Notes: a model not told the origin generated them from the sequence alone. Positions 1 to 14,400 are shown, counted from the stretch's first letter. The stretch is 64,000 nt of DNA from Strigamia acuminata (GCA_949358305.1 OX442314.1:8866001-8930000); one strand, 5' to 3'. Program-made: numbers and translations.

Positions 1-180
1 TTAGACACTTAAAACCAATTTTACACCAATTTGAGACACTTAAAACCAATTTTGAACACTTAAAGCTACTTGTAAACATTTTCAACCAATTTTAAACACT
101 TCAAACCAATTGTAAACACATTCAAACAGATTTCAAACACCTAAAACCAACTTTAAACCAAACTAAAACCCAATTTAAAA
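1..180. repeat. Degenerate ~21-bp tandem repeat (TTTAAACACTTAAAACCAATT-like)
   Basis: Repeated acacttaaaaccaatt / tcaaaccaatt units from the window start. Confidence 0.6.
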
Positions 181-2109
181 CTCTAACTACAACCCCCTGA
201 ACCAAAACTAATTAGGCTTTCACCTTAATTGAACTAACCCCCCAAACACCCCGCCCCCCACCCAAAAAAAAAAACCCACCCCAAAACCCACCTAAAAAAA
301 ATCAAAAACAAAAATTAAAACAAATCGATTCAGCGAACCAAAAATTCCTGCACATTTAATGTCACTTAAATTCAGTAGCGACATCTGGGCGTCGCCTAAA
401 ACATATTCAAAACAGCCCATTTGATGGCAGCACTCACCTTGACCCCACGCCCCCACCACAATGACACATTCCCTCGCAAACAGGTGTGATACTCTCGCCA
501 GGTGGGGTTAAAAGGCGTCCTTGATTTTTTTGTTTGCTTTTGTTTCCACAAACACAAGAAAAAGGGGCCACACTAAAATTGACTCACAAAAGTTCCCCAA
601 ATTGCCTCAAAAGGTGTCACCAATCCCCGTTTTGGGCCATTTTAGGCCTTTTTAGTCCATTTTAGGCCCGAAAATGGTCAAATTTGTGTGATTTTATACG
701 GGAAAGTTCACCATTCGTATAAATTGTTACTTTTTTTGTGTTTTTTAGACCATTTTAGGCCCAAAAATGGTGAAAATGCGCGATTTTTAGACTGCGAAGT
801 TTTCAACCCTTTTTTCAATGTTGTTCGTATTCATGACTGCAGAGGTCGCGTATCAAGGTCGCCTGCTTTAGGAATGTTTAACAAAAAAGAAGAAAAGAAA
901 AGATGGGAGCTACATAGCTATTTATTAAACACGTTTTTCACTTGTTGACCGAGTAGAAAATATCTTTTATTCGATTTCAAGGTTGTTTCGATGCATGTGT
1001 GCGCGAATTGTCTGTTTTGTGTTCAAAATTGGCTAAATCTAAATAAATAAATAACTTTATTTAGTTATTTATTCATTTCTTCATTTATTTTACGTGTAAC
1101 TGATCGTTGCAATTGCAATTTTTCCAATAAAAACAATTTAAAAACAATCGAAACGATTGTACGGAAAATCTCTCTCGCCCATGCCGCGTACGACACGCCT
1201 TGGTCGGCCTGCTCCAACCCCGATTCCCGTGCTCTTCGTAGCAGTCGCATAATCCTCGAAACAAAATCAATTTTTTTTAAAAACTTATGTTGTACTGGTT
1301 GTTTTTCACCGAGTATAAAACGTTTAATTATTGAAAAAAGCAATAATTATTTCTAATTGAGGAAGACGGGGGGTTCGCGAGTGTTGCTAGTATCGCATCG
1401 CTGAATATGCGTCTTTCCCAATTCCGCCGCCAGAGGGGGATAAATGCGTGCTCCAGCTCGTGTTTTTTCAATTTCCATTTCGTCCATAATTAGCAGTTTC
1501 CTCTCTGTTACATAAAAATTCATCTCATTCTGCCTTTTCCACCGCTGCATACTGATAAATAAAATGCGATTTAACCTTCAGATTCACTGCCCAGTTAAAT
1601 TACTGGTCAGTGAAGGCATTTTTGACCATTTTGTTGCTCAGCAATTTCAAGAAAAATAGGTCAACTCAGCGATTTAACGCTTTTTATGACAAGAGAAAAT
1701 CATGATCAGACCATCAATAAACAACTGATAGTGTGATAAATCCATCAAAATGTGCTGTTAATTGATTCCTCCTCTCAAAAATGTCAAGAGAAACAACATT
1801 TGAGGTCAAACAAGTGTTTTGTTTTGCTTGTATTTAGTGTGTGGCGCTTCTGGTTGTGAGTTAATGCCATCTGCACACACCAGACTGCTCGATTCTATTG
1901 GAATCAGCAGCATCTGGTGAGAATTACTGGAGAAATTGTCCAAGAAAGTTGAAAATGTTACTTTTCTTCAAAAGGGGTCTGACAATCAGAATATGCGTGG
2001 CAGAGATTCGAATCTTGGGATTCGATGACGAATTCGGAAACATATAGACGATTATTTTTATAAAAAGGTCAAAAATATTTTAACTTTTGTCCAATTTTCA
2101 AAAAAAAAT

Positions 2110-2270
2110 TCAAAATTTGTATAAAATTTAAAGATTTGGGGATTCGGAGATTCGGGGATTTTGTATAAAATTTAAAGAATCGGGGATTTTGTATAAAATT
2201 TAAAGATTCAGAAATTTTGTATAAAATTTAAAGATTCGGGAATTTTGTATAAAAATTAAAGTTTCGATGA
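2110..2270. repeat. ~29-bp tandem repeat (TTTTGTATAAAATTTAAAGATTCGGGGA)
   Basis: About 5 visible units. Confidence 0.7.
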
Positions 2271-2481
2271 TTCGTCGAATTAATCATCCTCAAAAGACGA
2301 ATCGACTTATTCCTCTGAAATGACTTCTCCAAACAAAATATGATGTCTTTTACACCATATCTCCGAGAACTCAACTTAAAAGAATTCCAATAAGACGATT
2401 AAGATTACCGATAGATGAAATTGAAATCACGTCTTTGACTTATAGAAGTGACTTATCTATTCTGCGCTTACTTTTGGCTAT

Positions 2482-2967
2482 TAGAGAGTTTGCGGGATGC
2501 ATTTTTCCCTTATTTTTCTCTACGTTACACTATTTTAGTGCCAAAAAATTCTTTAGTGTATCGTTTTCAACACTAAATTAAAATATAGCGCAGCCAATCA
2601 GAATTGAAAACACTATATTGTTAGTTCCGCCCATTGCAAATGGCGATTATTTTGTTGTCCCGATCAAACACATCACAGTCACAGGTATGTAGATTGAATG
2701 ATACGTGAAGCCCAAAATTGAATTTTAGGCCCAAAACCATACTTTACAGGCATAATAATGGAATTTTATGCAGATATTTGCACATTTACGTCCCCAAATT
2801 AAATTTTTAGGCCCAAAATTACTAACTGTTAGTAGTTGGCTGAAATAGTGTAGTGATAAGGGAAAAGTGCAGCCCGCAAAAACTTAATTTATCATTTTTC
2901 CCTTACACTATTTTTATACCGTATAGTGTTTAACTGTAAGGGAAAAATGCATCCCGCAAACTCTCTA
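2482..2967. mobile_element. MITE (non-autonomous TIR DNA transposon)
   Basis: ~31-bp TIR TAGAGAGTTTGCGGGATGCATTTTTCCCTTA at 2482, with its reverse complement ending at 2967; no ORF. Confidence 0.8.
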
Positions 2968-3079
2968 TTATGTTGACTATTAAGCTTATGTTCAGTTCAG
3001 TTTTTAGTGTGTTCAATGAATTCACTCTTTAGTAATTGACCGCTTGCACGATCAACGTTATCTTAATTAACGTAGTTAC

Positions 3080-6000
3080 CATTTTCTCCTTTTGTTTCTA
3101 TCTTCATGATGGGTTTCTCTTGGTCCTCATCTTGGAAGTATGGATTATCATAGGCATGTGCTTCAATGTCTCCATTTTTGGGCCTCAAAAAAGTTGATTT
3201 TCCTATCAAATAAAAAAATACACACATAAAACACTTTATATTTTCCATCCACCACCTGACATAGATCATTGGATTGATTTCTTTTACTAGGGGGGATGAT
3301 AATTGTAATCATGTTTCAAGAACAAAAGATTAATTCTCCATAGCTGGTTGCTTAGCCAACTTATTATGGTGATGATTTGGCCTCAGGTAAGAAGAACCTG
3401 TGTGGAAGCAGATAGTAAATAATCTGTCTTTAATTCCATGTAAATCATTTGGTGCTTTTTTTCATGACTCATCTCCTTTAGTGGCAAACATCAGAGATCA
3501 AGACAAAATTAATATCCACACTTTTTTTTTTCAATTAAAAACAATCCATCAGTTGATATAAAACAAAAATATTTGTTTCCAAACAAACAAATCAGATTTA
3601 GTACAATTTGGACATGCATCACTACTTGAGCTGAATATACTGTAACTGTGACCCCTAATATATACAGAATAATAATAAATTCAATGTGAACTAGGATCTC
3701 ATGAATAGACCTAGAATTCTCTATGCCAAGATGTAAAGACATAAATAAAATGAGGCAATAAGATTTACAACCAATTAATGATATACAACCAGCTATTCAT
3801 TACATTCCTTTAGAAAACCTCAAATAAAAAAGCTAAAAAGAAGTGGTAATTCATGTCTGGTTGGTTATTCTTGTGTTTCTAGCTTACTCAATATGAAAAA
3901 TCTGAAAACTGACCTTACGGATGACGGCTAGATATCCTCAACAACTCCAAAATAACCATCATATCATAGTAAACGAGCGAGTGTATCTGTAATGCATGGA
4001 AGCATTACATCTTAGACTTCTAAACCCCTTCTACACGTATATAGAATTACATCTGTCCGTCTAAATTAATGTATAAAAAAAAATAGTCGGAGAAACACAA
4101 AATTCTTTAGGCACCTATCGAAGGTATGCTGAGTTCATTGCAGTTGCCCGTTTGGCTCTAGCTGCTTTCGTTTTGGAGGAGTTGATGCAGACGGACGAAC
4201 GGACAGACAGAACCGTTTTATTAGACTTTCTAAACATAGGCAAAAATGTGTGTATAAACGGGGTTTACGTAGTGCGCCACTTCGCGTGGTTATGGTCCCT
4301 TAAGTAGAATACTTGTGCGGGGATTTCGACCTTGCAAGTCACGATCTGTGAGACAATAACTTTCTTAAGGACCCAACCTTGCATTTGCACCGAAACCTGG
4401 AGAAACCACAGAGAATACAGGTGGAGGCAGATGGTGGATATTCTAGCTCTAGAAACAATAGGTGCGTTCAATTTGCGAAAGGAAAGAAAAATCTTTCCTT
4501 TTCTTGCTTTCGCAAAGGAAGAAAAGGTACTTGTAGAATGAATGCACTTTATTGTTATTACTTTCCATTTGTTTGCACATGCGCAAATTCTAGTTTTAGC
4601 ATGCGGTAATTCGATTTTATCTGGTTTTTAGTAACTAACAAACGTTTTTCAATTAAAATGAACGTTTTTTCGGTAAAAACAAACAATTTTTGGTAAAAAT
4701 AAAAGTTCTTTTTGGTAAAAACGAACAAGTTTTGGTAAAAATGAACGTTATGTTTGGTAAAAACAAACGTTTTTTCAGTTAAAACAAATGTTTTACCATT
4801 ATAACAAGTTATAAACATTTACTTGTTGGGTTGGCTGACAAATGATTAATGCGCATGCGCGGATCGCAAAAGAAAAAGTGAAAGGAAGGAAAGTAATCGA
4901 ATTGCTTCCTTTCGCCAAAGTAACTTTGGCTCCTTTTCTTTTGGAAATTATGACGTTTTTGACGTCACTTCCGATGTCGAAAGTAACAAAAGTAAAGATT
5001 CTTCTTTCCTTTCGCAAATTGAACGCACCTAATACCTTAGTCAGACATGCATGCAAAATAACTGAGATTCCCAGCTGGTCACCCAATTCTGCTTAACTTC
5101 TCTGTTCTTATACAAACAAGTGACCGGCATGGTGAGCCGTTCCTAGCCATTAACACAAATCCATCTTATTTCTATATGACTCTCCAATAAACATCCCAAA
5201 TTGATCCAGGATATTATTAGGATATTCTTCGACCGTAAACCGCTGTGTGCAAAGGAGCAAATTTTATTATGTCAGTTCTATATTTAAACCATAATTGAAT
5301 CAAGAATCATCATTAAAATCTTATCCTGTCATGATGTTGTTGACTTTTGAACCTCTGCATAAAATGTCTCCATATTTGTAGTTCCGGCTTTGTCTCAAAG
5401 ATGAATATCATTATATCTAATTTACCACATTCTTTTCTCAAGATTCACTTGAGCTGTTTGAAGTTAAATAATCCACTCATTTCATAGTCTAATTGCCTCT
5501 GCATACATCAGCATAACTGATGCACACACCAAGCACTATACTTAGGACAAACTCAGCACAATGTGCCTTTCACCACTGTAATTGCCTTCAAGAAAGAACA
5601 GCATTAAAAATGTCTTCCTGTGGATTGACAAAAGAAAACATATTAGCCACAATCTCATTTTGTCCAACAATGTTGAGAGCAGAGCATTATGGTGATTGTG
5701 ACAGACACAGCTATTATTTTCTATACATGTTAATGTTGAAATCCAAAGTGTTCTTTTATTACATGCACCTAAATCCTGTTGCACAATAGTTTATTGCAAA
5801 AAAACATCTAAATGTGGATGCTGCACAATAAAACTCAGTAAATTGTGCGGTAATTTGAACATATCCAGAAATGTCATGAATTTGGTCAACGACCGCAGTG
5901 TTACCGCATTTAATGTTTTGCGATGTTAAAAGATACAAAAACTAACACACACAAATCTGAAATATGACTTTTTGAGTACTCCGGATCAGTGCTGGACTGG

Positions 6001-9000
6001 CTCGGCGGGCTACCGGGAATTTCCCAATGGCCTGTGGCCCGACCCATCCAGATTTCCCGGTACTAAATTTGTACGCAGTCCAGCCCTGCTCTGGGTGTAA
6101 ATCTGGCCCTAGAAATGTGTTTGGACAAAGAGCTTAGACAAAGATGAATAATTTGGGATTCACCAATATGACCTAAAACTGTCACAGTTGCTATAAGTAG
6201 GTCCACTAACAATTTAATTAAAGAACTCATGTTGTTTATTCATAATCACTGACAATAATTTGCATGCATACCACACTTTCAGATTGCACAGATAAGCTCA
6301 TTACGCAGATTCCAGCTTCTTGTGAATGGCTTTTTATCAAGGATGTATTTAAATCTTCAATGTCATTTGTTGCCCCAACTAAAACCTACATTCTTTTATC
6401 AATTAGCATAACTTGAATCCAAGTATGAGCTTATAGATTGACAATTATACTTATTCATTAAGACTTCTGCAGGGATTGGTGTTTCAGTATTTAGGTTAAG
6501 ACTATGGACCAATTGTTTTAATATTTTGTTGGTAGATGGAGTTAAGGCTCTGCACAGCCACTACCAAAGGCTGGATTTACCAATAGGCTAAAGAAACTGT
6601 AGTGCAGGGCCCCGGTAGTTATGAGGGTCGATGTTGTTCCCATTCCTCCCGGGCTTTTTTCGCTTGCACCTCTCGATGTTCTGATCGGGGCGTGTAATCT
6701 AGCGCGAAAATATCTACCGCGACACGAATCTGCCGCGACTTTGGAAACTGCAACTACGTATATTTTAGGTTTAATTCCTAAGAAGGGCTAACAACTTATG
6801 GGGTGCATTAATGCACCAAAATAATCACACAGGTAGCTGATAGTCCTGGTTCTGATTTTGCTCTGCTTTTCACTTGGAGGCAATTCTGTTTGGCAAATCT
6901 CCTTCTTGCAGCTGTCCGTCAACGTCTGAACATGTATGCAAGAAGAAAGTGTCAGCGCAAGGTGTAAAAGGGTTGCGAGTCCCACCTTTGTTGTTTCTTA
7001 AGGCCTTGAAATACTTATATCTGGCCCGACCACAACCGGTAACATAAAATCTACATGCTCACTTGTCAGAATTGAGTTGCAGTGTTCAGACTAAAACAGA
7101 TGAAATTATTACACAGTCGAAACTCTTTATAACGAATCGCAAGGGACCCGAAAAATCGATTTGGTATAATGAGAATTCGTTATACCATATTTTTGCAATA
7201 GTACGGTATTGTAACAAACGAAAAACCGAAATTGTAATTGCTGACAAAAATGGCAATTTTGAATAAGAGCCGCGGCTCTTAATCGATACAATACGGTAGT
7301 TTTATTTATTTATTTTTTTTTTCTAAATTATTTATTATTTCCTGTATTTCTCAGAAATTTAAATCAAGACTAATAATACCAGTTTGCTGTTCACGGTCAT
7401 GAAGAAAATGCATCACTTATTCACTTGCACGGTCATGGTAGTGAACGGCGGTTAAAAAATGTCAAGAATTCGAATAATCAGCTTTAACGGATTTAAAATA
7501 CAATTTTTTTTTTAAAAAAAAGATTAATTTTTATTATTTAATTTCTCAAGGTTTAATTCCGATTTAACTATATAAGGGCAAAAATATTTAGGAATTTAAT
7601 CATCGTGACCGAGTTGTTAGGGTTAAATATTGCCCAGTGACGCTTCCGCATTTGGATGTTTAGTCAGCCCACAATTCACATTTTCCAGTTTCGTATTTTT
7701 TTTCCTCACAATAAAATAAGAAAAAAATAAAAAATAAAAAATATATAAAATAAAAAATACATATATATATTTTCATACGAGATATGAAAATCCGCAATCC
7801 TTTACTACGGGAAATGTTTTTTGAATTCTTAAGCTCGGATTACGTAACGAATATTTGAATTCCTGAGTTACCAACACAAAATAAAAAATTAAATTTACGT
7901 AATCAAAATCCAACATTCGAAAAACTAAAATTTAACAACTCTTTTTATTTTTACGAAAAAAAAATACGTATTTTTAATTTTAGTTCATTCCACGTCCGCT
8001 TGGGATCTCGCGTCGTCCGCCATGTTCTCTCTCTAAACTCTCTACATTATTCTCACAGTAAAACAGAGAATTTGTCTATAGATATTGTAATGTCAATATA
8101 TGGCCAATGCAAAACTACTTCCCTCACACATTTCCGTTACAATCGTACGGAATAACTCGTGTTTTTAGAAATTTCACCTAAAAAAAAAATGGCGGTCACT
8201 AAGTTACCCGTTAAAGAATTTTTCCACTTTATTTTCCAGATACATAAATGGCAACCTGTCTTAAACGACGGCAAATATGTACAAATTTGTGATGAAACTC
8301 GTTTGACTAGTTCGGATGATAAATATTATGGCGTTGTGTTGCCATGCAGGTTTTCAGAGGTTCCAATTTCTCTCGCCAGGTGGCGCGTGTGAAAATAATA
8401 ATGTTGTTCATTTGGGGTTAAATTTTCTTGTTTTTAAATTTAAAAAGAATAATTTCTAGTCAAATTAAATCGGTTAATTTGTGTGTTTGCTTTTTGTGTG
8501 GATTTGTTTTTGTTTTGTTTGTTGATATTCAAGGCCATTAAAACAGATGGGAAGGCTGAAACAATATTGAATCGAGATGGGAAAAAAATATCTTTGTTTT
8601 GTCTTTGATGTTTTAAAACAAAAAAGAAAAAGTGAGTTCAATTTGAAACACATGTGGATCACATTACTTTATACAAATTTAGTCGTGGCACCATTCCAAG
8701 CACACCCACTCAATTCTTTCTGTTCCAATATTGGAAGTCAACAAAAGTTGATTTTTGGAAAGGGGGGGGGGGGGAGGGGGGGCGGTTAATAATTAATATT
8801 AATTTTTTTTAATTTTTTAATTTTTTAAAAATTGGAAATTTTTTGTTGAAATTAAAAATAATTTATGGGCATATAAAGCAAGTTTTTATGCAAATAAAAT
8901 TGTTTTTGGCAAATAAAACGGTTTTACAGCCAAATAAAACGGTTTTACAGCCAAATAAAACGGTTTTACAGCCAAATAAAACGGTTTTACAGCCAAATAA

Positions 9001-9976
9001 AACGGTTTTACAGCAAAATAAAACAGTTTTACAGCATAATAAAAGTTTTTTTTTTGCTAATAAAACAGTTTTTTTTTGCTAATAAAACAGTTTTTTTTTG
9101 GTAAAAAAAAAAGTTTTTTTCGTAATAAAACAGTTTTTATCCTAATAAAACAGTTTTTATGCTAATAAAACAGTTTTTATGCTAATAATACAGTTTTTAT
9201 GCTAATAAAACAGATTTTATGCTAATAATACAGTTTTTTTTTGCTAATAAAACAGTTTTTTTTTGGTAAAAAAAAAAGTTTTTTTCGTAATAAAACAGTT
9301 TTTATCCTAATAAAACAGTTTTTATGCTAATAAAACAGTTTTTATGCTAATAATACAGTTTTTATGCTAATAAAACAGTTTTTATGCTAATAATACAGTT
9401 TTTATGCTAATAAAACAGTTTTTATGCTAATAATACAGTTTTTATGCTAATAAAACAGATTTTTTTGCTAATAAAACAGTTTTTTTTTGCTAATAAAACA
9501 GTTTTTTTTGCTAATAAAACAGTTTTTTTTTGCTAATAAAACAGTTTTCTTTTGCTAATAAAACAGTTTTTTTTGCTAATAAAACAGTTTTTTTTTGCTA
9601 ATAAAACAGTTTTCAGCAAATAAAACCGTTTTTCTGGTGACATAGGTAAATAAAATCAAAAATTTTAGTATTTTACCAATGTAAACAATGTTTTCAACAG
9701 AAAAACAATTGTTTTCGACATTTAAAACAAGTTCATATCAACATATAAAACAAGATGTTTCCACAAATAAAATCTTTTCCACTGTGGTCATAAAAAAAAA
9801 CGGTATTTTCCACATGAAAACAGCCATTTCCATAATGAAAACAGTATTTTCCCCCTGAAAACAGCCATTTCAACAATAAAAACAGCCATTTCTATCATAA
9901 ACACAGACATTTCTGTCAAGAAAACCGTATTTTCCACATAAAAACACAAATAAAAACACTTTTTACACCAATAAAT

Positions 9977-10007
<31 letters not shown>

Positions 10008-10224
10008 CAAAAAACAAAAAAAAATAAAAATAATATTTACCTCCTTTCGGCCGACACACGAACCAATAAATAAGTCCCGCGACAGCGATCGCTGCCAACG
10101 TCGCGAAAAACGTGCCGAGCACGCTGCCCGCAATATCCCCCGATGTGAAGCACTCGCCGGGCTCATCCCCTCGCACAGCCGACACCAACAACACAACCGC
10201 CGCCAACTTCAAAATCCCAGCCAT
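3080..10224 (-). CDS. Uncharacterised type I single-pass membrane protein (partial; 3' exons not resolved)
   Basis: Exon 10224-10041 encodes a signal peptide (MAGILKLAAVVLLVSAVRG), a short ectodomain and a TM helix (IAGSVLGTFFATLAAIAVAGLIYWFVC), followed by a GTAAAT donor. Phase-compatible exon 3202-3080 encodes GKSTFLRPKNGDIEAHAYDNPYFQDEDQEKP... Confidence 0.6.
4461..5029. mobile_element. MITE with long imperfect TIRs
   Basis: GGTGCGTTCAATTTGCGAAAGGAAAGAA ... TTCTTTCCTTTCGCAAATTGAACGCACC, flanked by TA; internal ~21-bp degenerate repeats. Confidence 0.85.
5987..6088. mobile_element. Small hAT-like MITE
   Basis: CAGTGCTGGACTG ... CAGTCCAGCCCTG termini; imperfect 8-bp TSD CTCCGGAT/CTCTGGGT. 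Confidence 0.55.
6687..6793. repeat. Dispersed repeat fragment, inverted copy of 36668-36775
   Basis: GACTTTGGAAACTGCAACTACGTATATTTTAGGTTTAATTCCTAAGAAGGGCTAAC matches the reverse complement of ~36670-36725. Confidence 0.7.
8911..9625. repeat. Intronic minisatellite, 20-23-bp unit (AATAAAACAGTTTTTATGCT)
   Basis: About 30 tandem units. Confidence 0.95.
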
Positions 10225-11437
10225 TTTCTGGGCCGAAAAACCTCGGTAATCCAAAACTCACGTTCTCAAAAATATTCCTTTCTTCGAATCCACTTTTTCA
10301 ACATAAATATCTCTCACGTCGGCCAACGTGGACCACAAACAACGCGCATGTTGCGGATCGAAGCGAATAATTCTGCACTCAGGTGCGCGAGTTGTGCGCA
10401 GCCACCACGACCAACGTCAGCCTCGTTTGCGTGCAGGCCACGGCGCATTCGACGGCGCATGTACGGGCCTGGAGGGGCATGGCTTCATTAACATTCCTGG
10501 GCGCATTCCACGCGTCCTTGGTTCGGTTCGGTTTGCTGCTGCTGCACGTCGTCCAGCCTACCGATGGCATGGCCGCGGGCCACGAGTCTTGACTCGCCGC
10601 ACCCTCGTTCTCGTTCGAGGACTCCGTTTTGCACTTTTGTTTTATTTCGGCTTTTGTGTCGAAGCGCGATCGAGCGATCTTTGAAATTTGACAGTGACAT
10701 CCTGTGGCGGCATCTAGCGGCGGGACGATTAAATACTGATTTGGATTTGTTCTGGTTCTAGATGGGTTTAGGGTTAACACTATTGTAGTTGGGAGTGTTA
10801 CTATTGTAGTTATTTTATTTTATCACGTATTATTTATTTTTGGAATAAAATAGTAAATTTTTGTTCGGATTTACTAATGTTTATTTTTGGTTGGAATCGG
10901 GTTGTATTACGATCACGTGACTGTATGACTGATTGGTGCGAAGGACGGCCATGTTAGGCTTAGGTTTTAGTCCATGTGGCAATTTTGAAAAATAATAATT
11001 CGTAGATTTTTCAATTCAATTTCAAGTTCAATTTGAAAATGAATGAAATATAATTAAACAATAAACTTTCTTAGTAAAAAATTCAAATTTGAACGGGATG
11101 TCCAAAATTTCTTCTTAAAAATTCGATTTTCACCTTAAAATTCCATTTTTCTATGAACAAATTCACTTTTCATTCAAAAACCTTTAAAAAAAATTCAATT
11201 TTCATTGAAAAAACTTCGATTTCCATTGAAAAACCTCAATTTCCACCAGTCTTCACTTCCGAAAGCAACGAAATAATTTGAGTCAGCATTTTGAGCAAAC
11301 CAAATCGACTTTAATTAACGATTCGCCCGAATGCTTTGCAATACAAAACAATATCGTGGGTTGTGCCCATTATTTTGTTGGTTTAAATTCAAGACATTAT
11401 TCTTCTATTCGTTCTTATTCCCAACGTCGTTTTAAAG

Positions 11438-14400
11438 TTACTTAAAAATCTTCCCCTCGACGAACTTTTTCCCACCGAAGTCTCCGGCCCACGCAAAGTA
11501 CGAGTCCACTAATTTCTTCGTGTCCGCGCTATTTGCGTCCAGTTTCTTCCACGAATACGATTCGTAGTCAACTTGCCAATCAGCACTCATCTAGAAAAAA
11601 TAATGTCATTTTATTTATAAAAATGGCGGAAAATTTTTGATTGCTGTATAAATTATACCGGGAATGCGAGTTCGTGACCCTTCCACACCCAAACACCAGA
11701 AATTGTGCTGTTGTTGTCTTCGCCGAACAAAATAACGCTGGCAAAAGCGTTTTTCCTCATCTTGTCTAGGCGCTGAAACATGCCTGGAACAAATAATTCG
11801 AGAAATTAGAAGAAAACAATCGAAAAAAAGTAAAATTAAAAATATTATTCCAAAAAACTTAACAGAAAAAAATTTTTTTTATCTAAAAATTTAGAAAAAT
11901 TAAAATAAAGCTCGAAAAAACCTAAAACTCTAATGAAATCTCAAACAAAACTAAAAATCTTCACAAAAAAACCCAAAAATTAAGAAAACCCAAAAGTAAA
12001 AATAAAAATATTTCAAAAATTTAACAAAATTTCCAAAAAACTTAACAGAAAATTTTTTTTTTTAATTTAAAAATTTATAAAAATTCAACTAAAGCTCGAA
12101 AAAAACCTAAAACTCTAATGAAAACTCAAATAAAACTAAAAATCTTAACAAAAAAAAAAAAAAAAAAATGAACAAATAAATTCAGAAACCCCAAAAACAT
12201 TAAAACAACCATACCCGAAATCAAATTACAGCTCATATACGTCTTGGTCAAATCTTCAGGATACTTATATTCACAGAACCAAACCGAATAATTCTCCTTA
12301 TCAAACTTCTGCCAGAAATAAGGAATCGAATCCTTCTCGCTCTCGTTCGAATAAAATCGCTTAAAATCATCCATATCAAAATTCCTAAAACAAAAAACAA
12401 AAATTAACACAAAAACCACCAAAAAACATAAAAAACACAAAAATAACCAAAAAACCAAACCCTTTCGGGAACTTCTCAAACGGATCCTTCGATTTCGGAG
12501 CGAGTTCCAACTCATCCACATCATTCATCGCCTCCTCCGCCACCTTCTTCTTCTCCTCCTTCACTTTCTCCTTCTTCTCATCCTTTTTCTTATCCCCCTT
12601 TTCGCTTTTCTTCTCTTTAGCGCCCTCTTTCGGCGACTTCCCTTGCAATTCCGCATATTTCTTCGCTAAAACCACCGAAAAAAACCAAATAAAAACCACA
12701 AAATTCAACAATTTCCTCCATTTACCATCGAATTGCGCCATTTTCTCGCACAACTTTCGCTCCCCGATCACTTTCTTGAACTCGGGTTGATTAACTAGCG
12801 TGGAAAACCATCGATTTGTGTTAGCAAATTGGTCTCGGAAGGCAGGTTCGAGTACGTGTTCGTAAAGCGCGAGCAGCGTGACGGCCACGGTGATGTCCGC
12901 TTGCGTGATTCGCTCGCCGACTAGGTAAGTGCGGGTGGAAAAATGGGCGTTAAGCAGCGCTAAAATTCGCTTGACGTCGTCTTTGGCTCGTTCGGTGGAC
13001 TGCAATTGTACGAAAAGTCCGTTAGGTGCCGTTTTTGGTGGTGGTTGAGGTTTGCGTCACTACTTGTTTGTTGAATTGCATAATTCCGAGGCAAGGGTAG
13101 ATCCATGTGCAGGACGAGGGAAGAATTTCACTATCGGCTATGTTGATCCATTGCTGGATGAGGGATTGGTCTATCGGACTGGTTCCGCGAAGTTGCTCGT
13201 TCCCAACTGCAAATATTTTGAAATTTTATTTTTATTTTTATTAATTTTTATTTAATTAATTTTTTTCTTTTTCGGGGGGGTTTTTGTCAGCAATTTTCGT
13301 TGGTTTTAATTGTATTTGTGCGTACAATTAAATGTATGGGTAGGAAATTGTGTTGGTTTTTTATATACCTCGTTGTGTTACAAAACTACTCATAAATTTA
13401 AGTAGTTTTGCCTTTTCCGGAGGAAATGAAAGTTCATGATGCGTAAAAATTTACACTTTTGCAGGAATTTTACAGAATTAATTGAATTTTGGGGTGTTAA
13501 AAAGGATTTTTCTTCAAAAATATTTGTTTTTACCTTTGAAAACGATGATTTTGAGCAGAAAATGCATTTTGGAATCATTAAACGTCTACTTTTGGACTTA
13601 AATAGGCATTTTGTGTAATAAACAGATTTATTTTTGTGTAAAAACAGCATTAATGTATCTAAAAAAAAATGCATTTCAGAGTAAAAACGGCATTTCATGA
13701 TTTTAAAAATGCATTTTACAGCTTATAAACTCAATTTTAGCAACAAAATTGCATTTTTTTCGAACTAAATCCATCTGAAACACCTAAAACTTATTCAATT
13801 TATCCCACATTTCATGTCTACCAGCATTTAAATCCAAAAGCAATTATATTCCAATCAATTACGCCTTTAAACTCATTTTAAATGCCCAACAGCGCGACTT
13901 GCATTACATCAAACATCTCTCCCAATCGTATTTACCATAATGAGCAATTGCATTACTCTCAACAATATGTCTTCCATCGCTCGTCTCAAAAGCAGGCACC
14001 TAAAAACATAAAAAAAAAATTTAGAAACTTAAAAAAACTAAAAAAAAATCATTTTTTGTACAACAAAACAATTCCCGACAGCTAAAATTAGCACGTCGAG
14101 TTACAAAACATATTCGTCCACTTTAATCTACCTCAATTTCTTACAAAAATACTCAAAGATTGAACAAAGTAAATTTGCCTTTGATAGAGGCCACGTTTGA
14201 CGGGTCAATGCGCTCCACCAAAACCCACACATTTCATATTCACCTTTCCCAACGGAAACTTCTTCAAAAATTCCTCGCTTTTATTCGTTTGGCCAAGCAC
14301 AAAAGCAGGCGATTCGCACACCGTCTTCACTTTAGCGCCGCTGTATTCAGCGGCGATGAGGATCTTATAAGCTCTGAAGTTGCCGGGATACGTGTACAAT

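Noticed and set aside
1065..1550. Minus-strand ORFs as terminal exons of the membrane-protein gene
   Set aside because: No unambiguous frame or acceptor; cannot be supported without transcripts.
10328..10780. GC-rich overlapping ORFs on both strands
   Set aside because: No recognisable motifs or consistent splice context; more likely the promoter/5'UTR of the membrane-protein gene.
11840..12150. ~120-bp direct duplication in EEF1G intron 7
   Set aside because: Low-complexity local tandem duplication with no box motifs or structure.
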